Source: Nageia nagi
Lineage: Eukaryota; Plantae; Pinophyta
Direction of reading: 5' to 3'
Length of the DNA stretch: 64,000 nucleotides
NCBI GenBank assembly: GCA_050084985.1
Contig: JBITNC010000001.1
Span: 210,676,001 to 210,740,000 of the forward strand
A program made the position numbers and the translations under genes. Numbering within the stretch: the stretch's first letter is position 1; every line of letters starts with the position of its first letter. Under the pieces are notes generated by a model. That model was given only the letters and a program-made list of their open reading frames with translations, did no database searches and had not been told where the DNA came from. Positions 63,941 to 64,000 of the stretch are shown here, one piece after another.

Positions 63941-64000
63941 AGTTCATATAACCAAGAGCATTCACAATTTAGATTGTCTTTGGCAAAGAAGAAACAACAT

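Noticed and set aside
52480-64000. aRH-INT (-) and gag-pol (+) as two halves of one inverted element
   Set aside because: They overlap in the aRH start with different sequences (FITPQGSPI vs LITPSNEVI), so they are separate elements.

Overview
This is an AT-rich, strongly CG/CHG-depleted plant heterochromatic window, most likely a gymnosperm (inferred from TE lineages, PPR style and deamination pattern). It has no intact gene and is a graveyard of old, nested transposons. (1) Two related chromovirus (Reina-like Ty3/gypsy) LTR elements lie at 6075-11694 and 55826-58920, the second with a perfect TAGAT TSD; both are internally deleted. (2) Tat/Ogre-type Ty3/gypsy pieces include gag-pol at 21.1-25.6 kb (-) and 59.6-63.9 kb (+), aRH-integrase at 52.5-54.2 kb (-), and two 3' regions carrying an antisense plant mobile domain (PMD) ORF. 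(3) A gag-only LTR element sits at 39875-45087, with extra LTR copies of its family nearby. (4) A 2.8-kb non-coding LTR element sits at 34414-37226. (5) A decayed hAT (ZNF862/DUF4371-type) transposase with a 669-bp tandem duplication faces a spliced PMD-like gene flanked by TGCA-dyad repeat arrays. (6) A probable CACTA-like DNA transposon (~28.2-39.4 kb) contains a truncated PPR S2-E-E+-DYW pseudogene and a spliced gene. That gene has an En/Spm TNP1-like exon and an exon resembling the C-terminal papain-like domain of plant NT-C2 proteins, with a D-T-H motif like herpes tegument/VTD deubiquitinases. Item 6 is the most unusual signal. All protein calls come from manual translation of frameshifted, stop-riddled remnants compared with remembered motifs, and identities are by-eye estimates.
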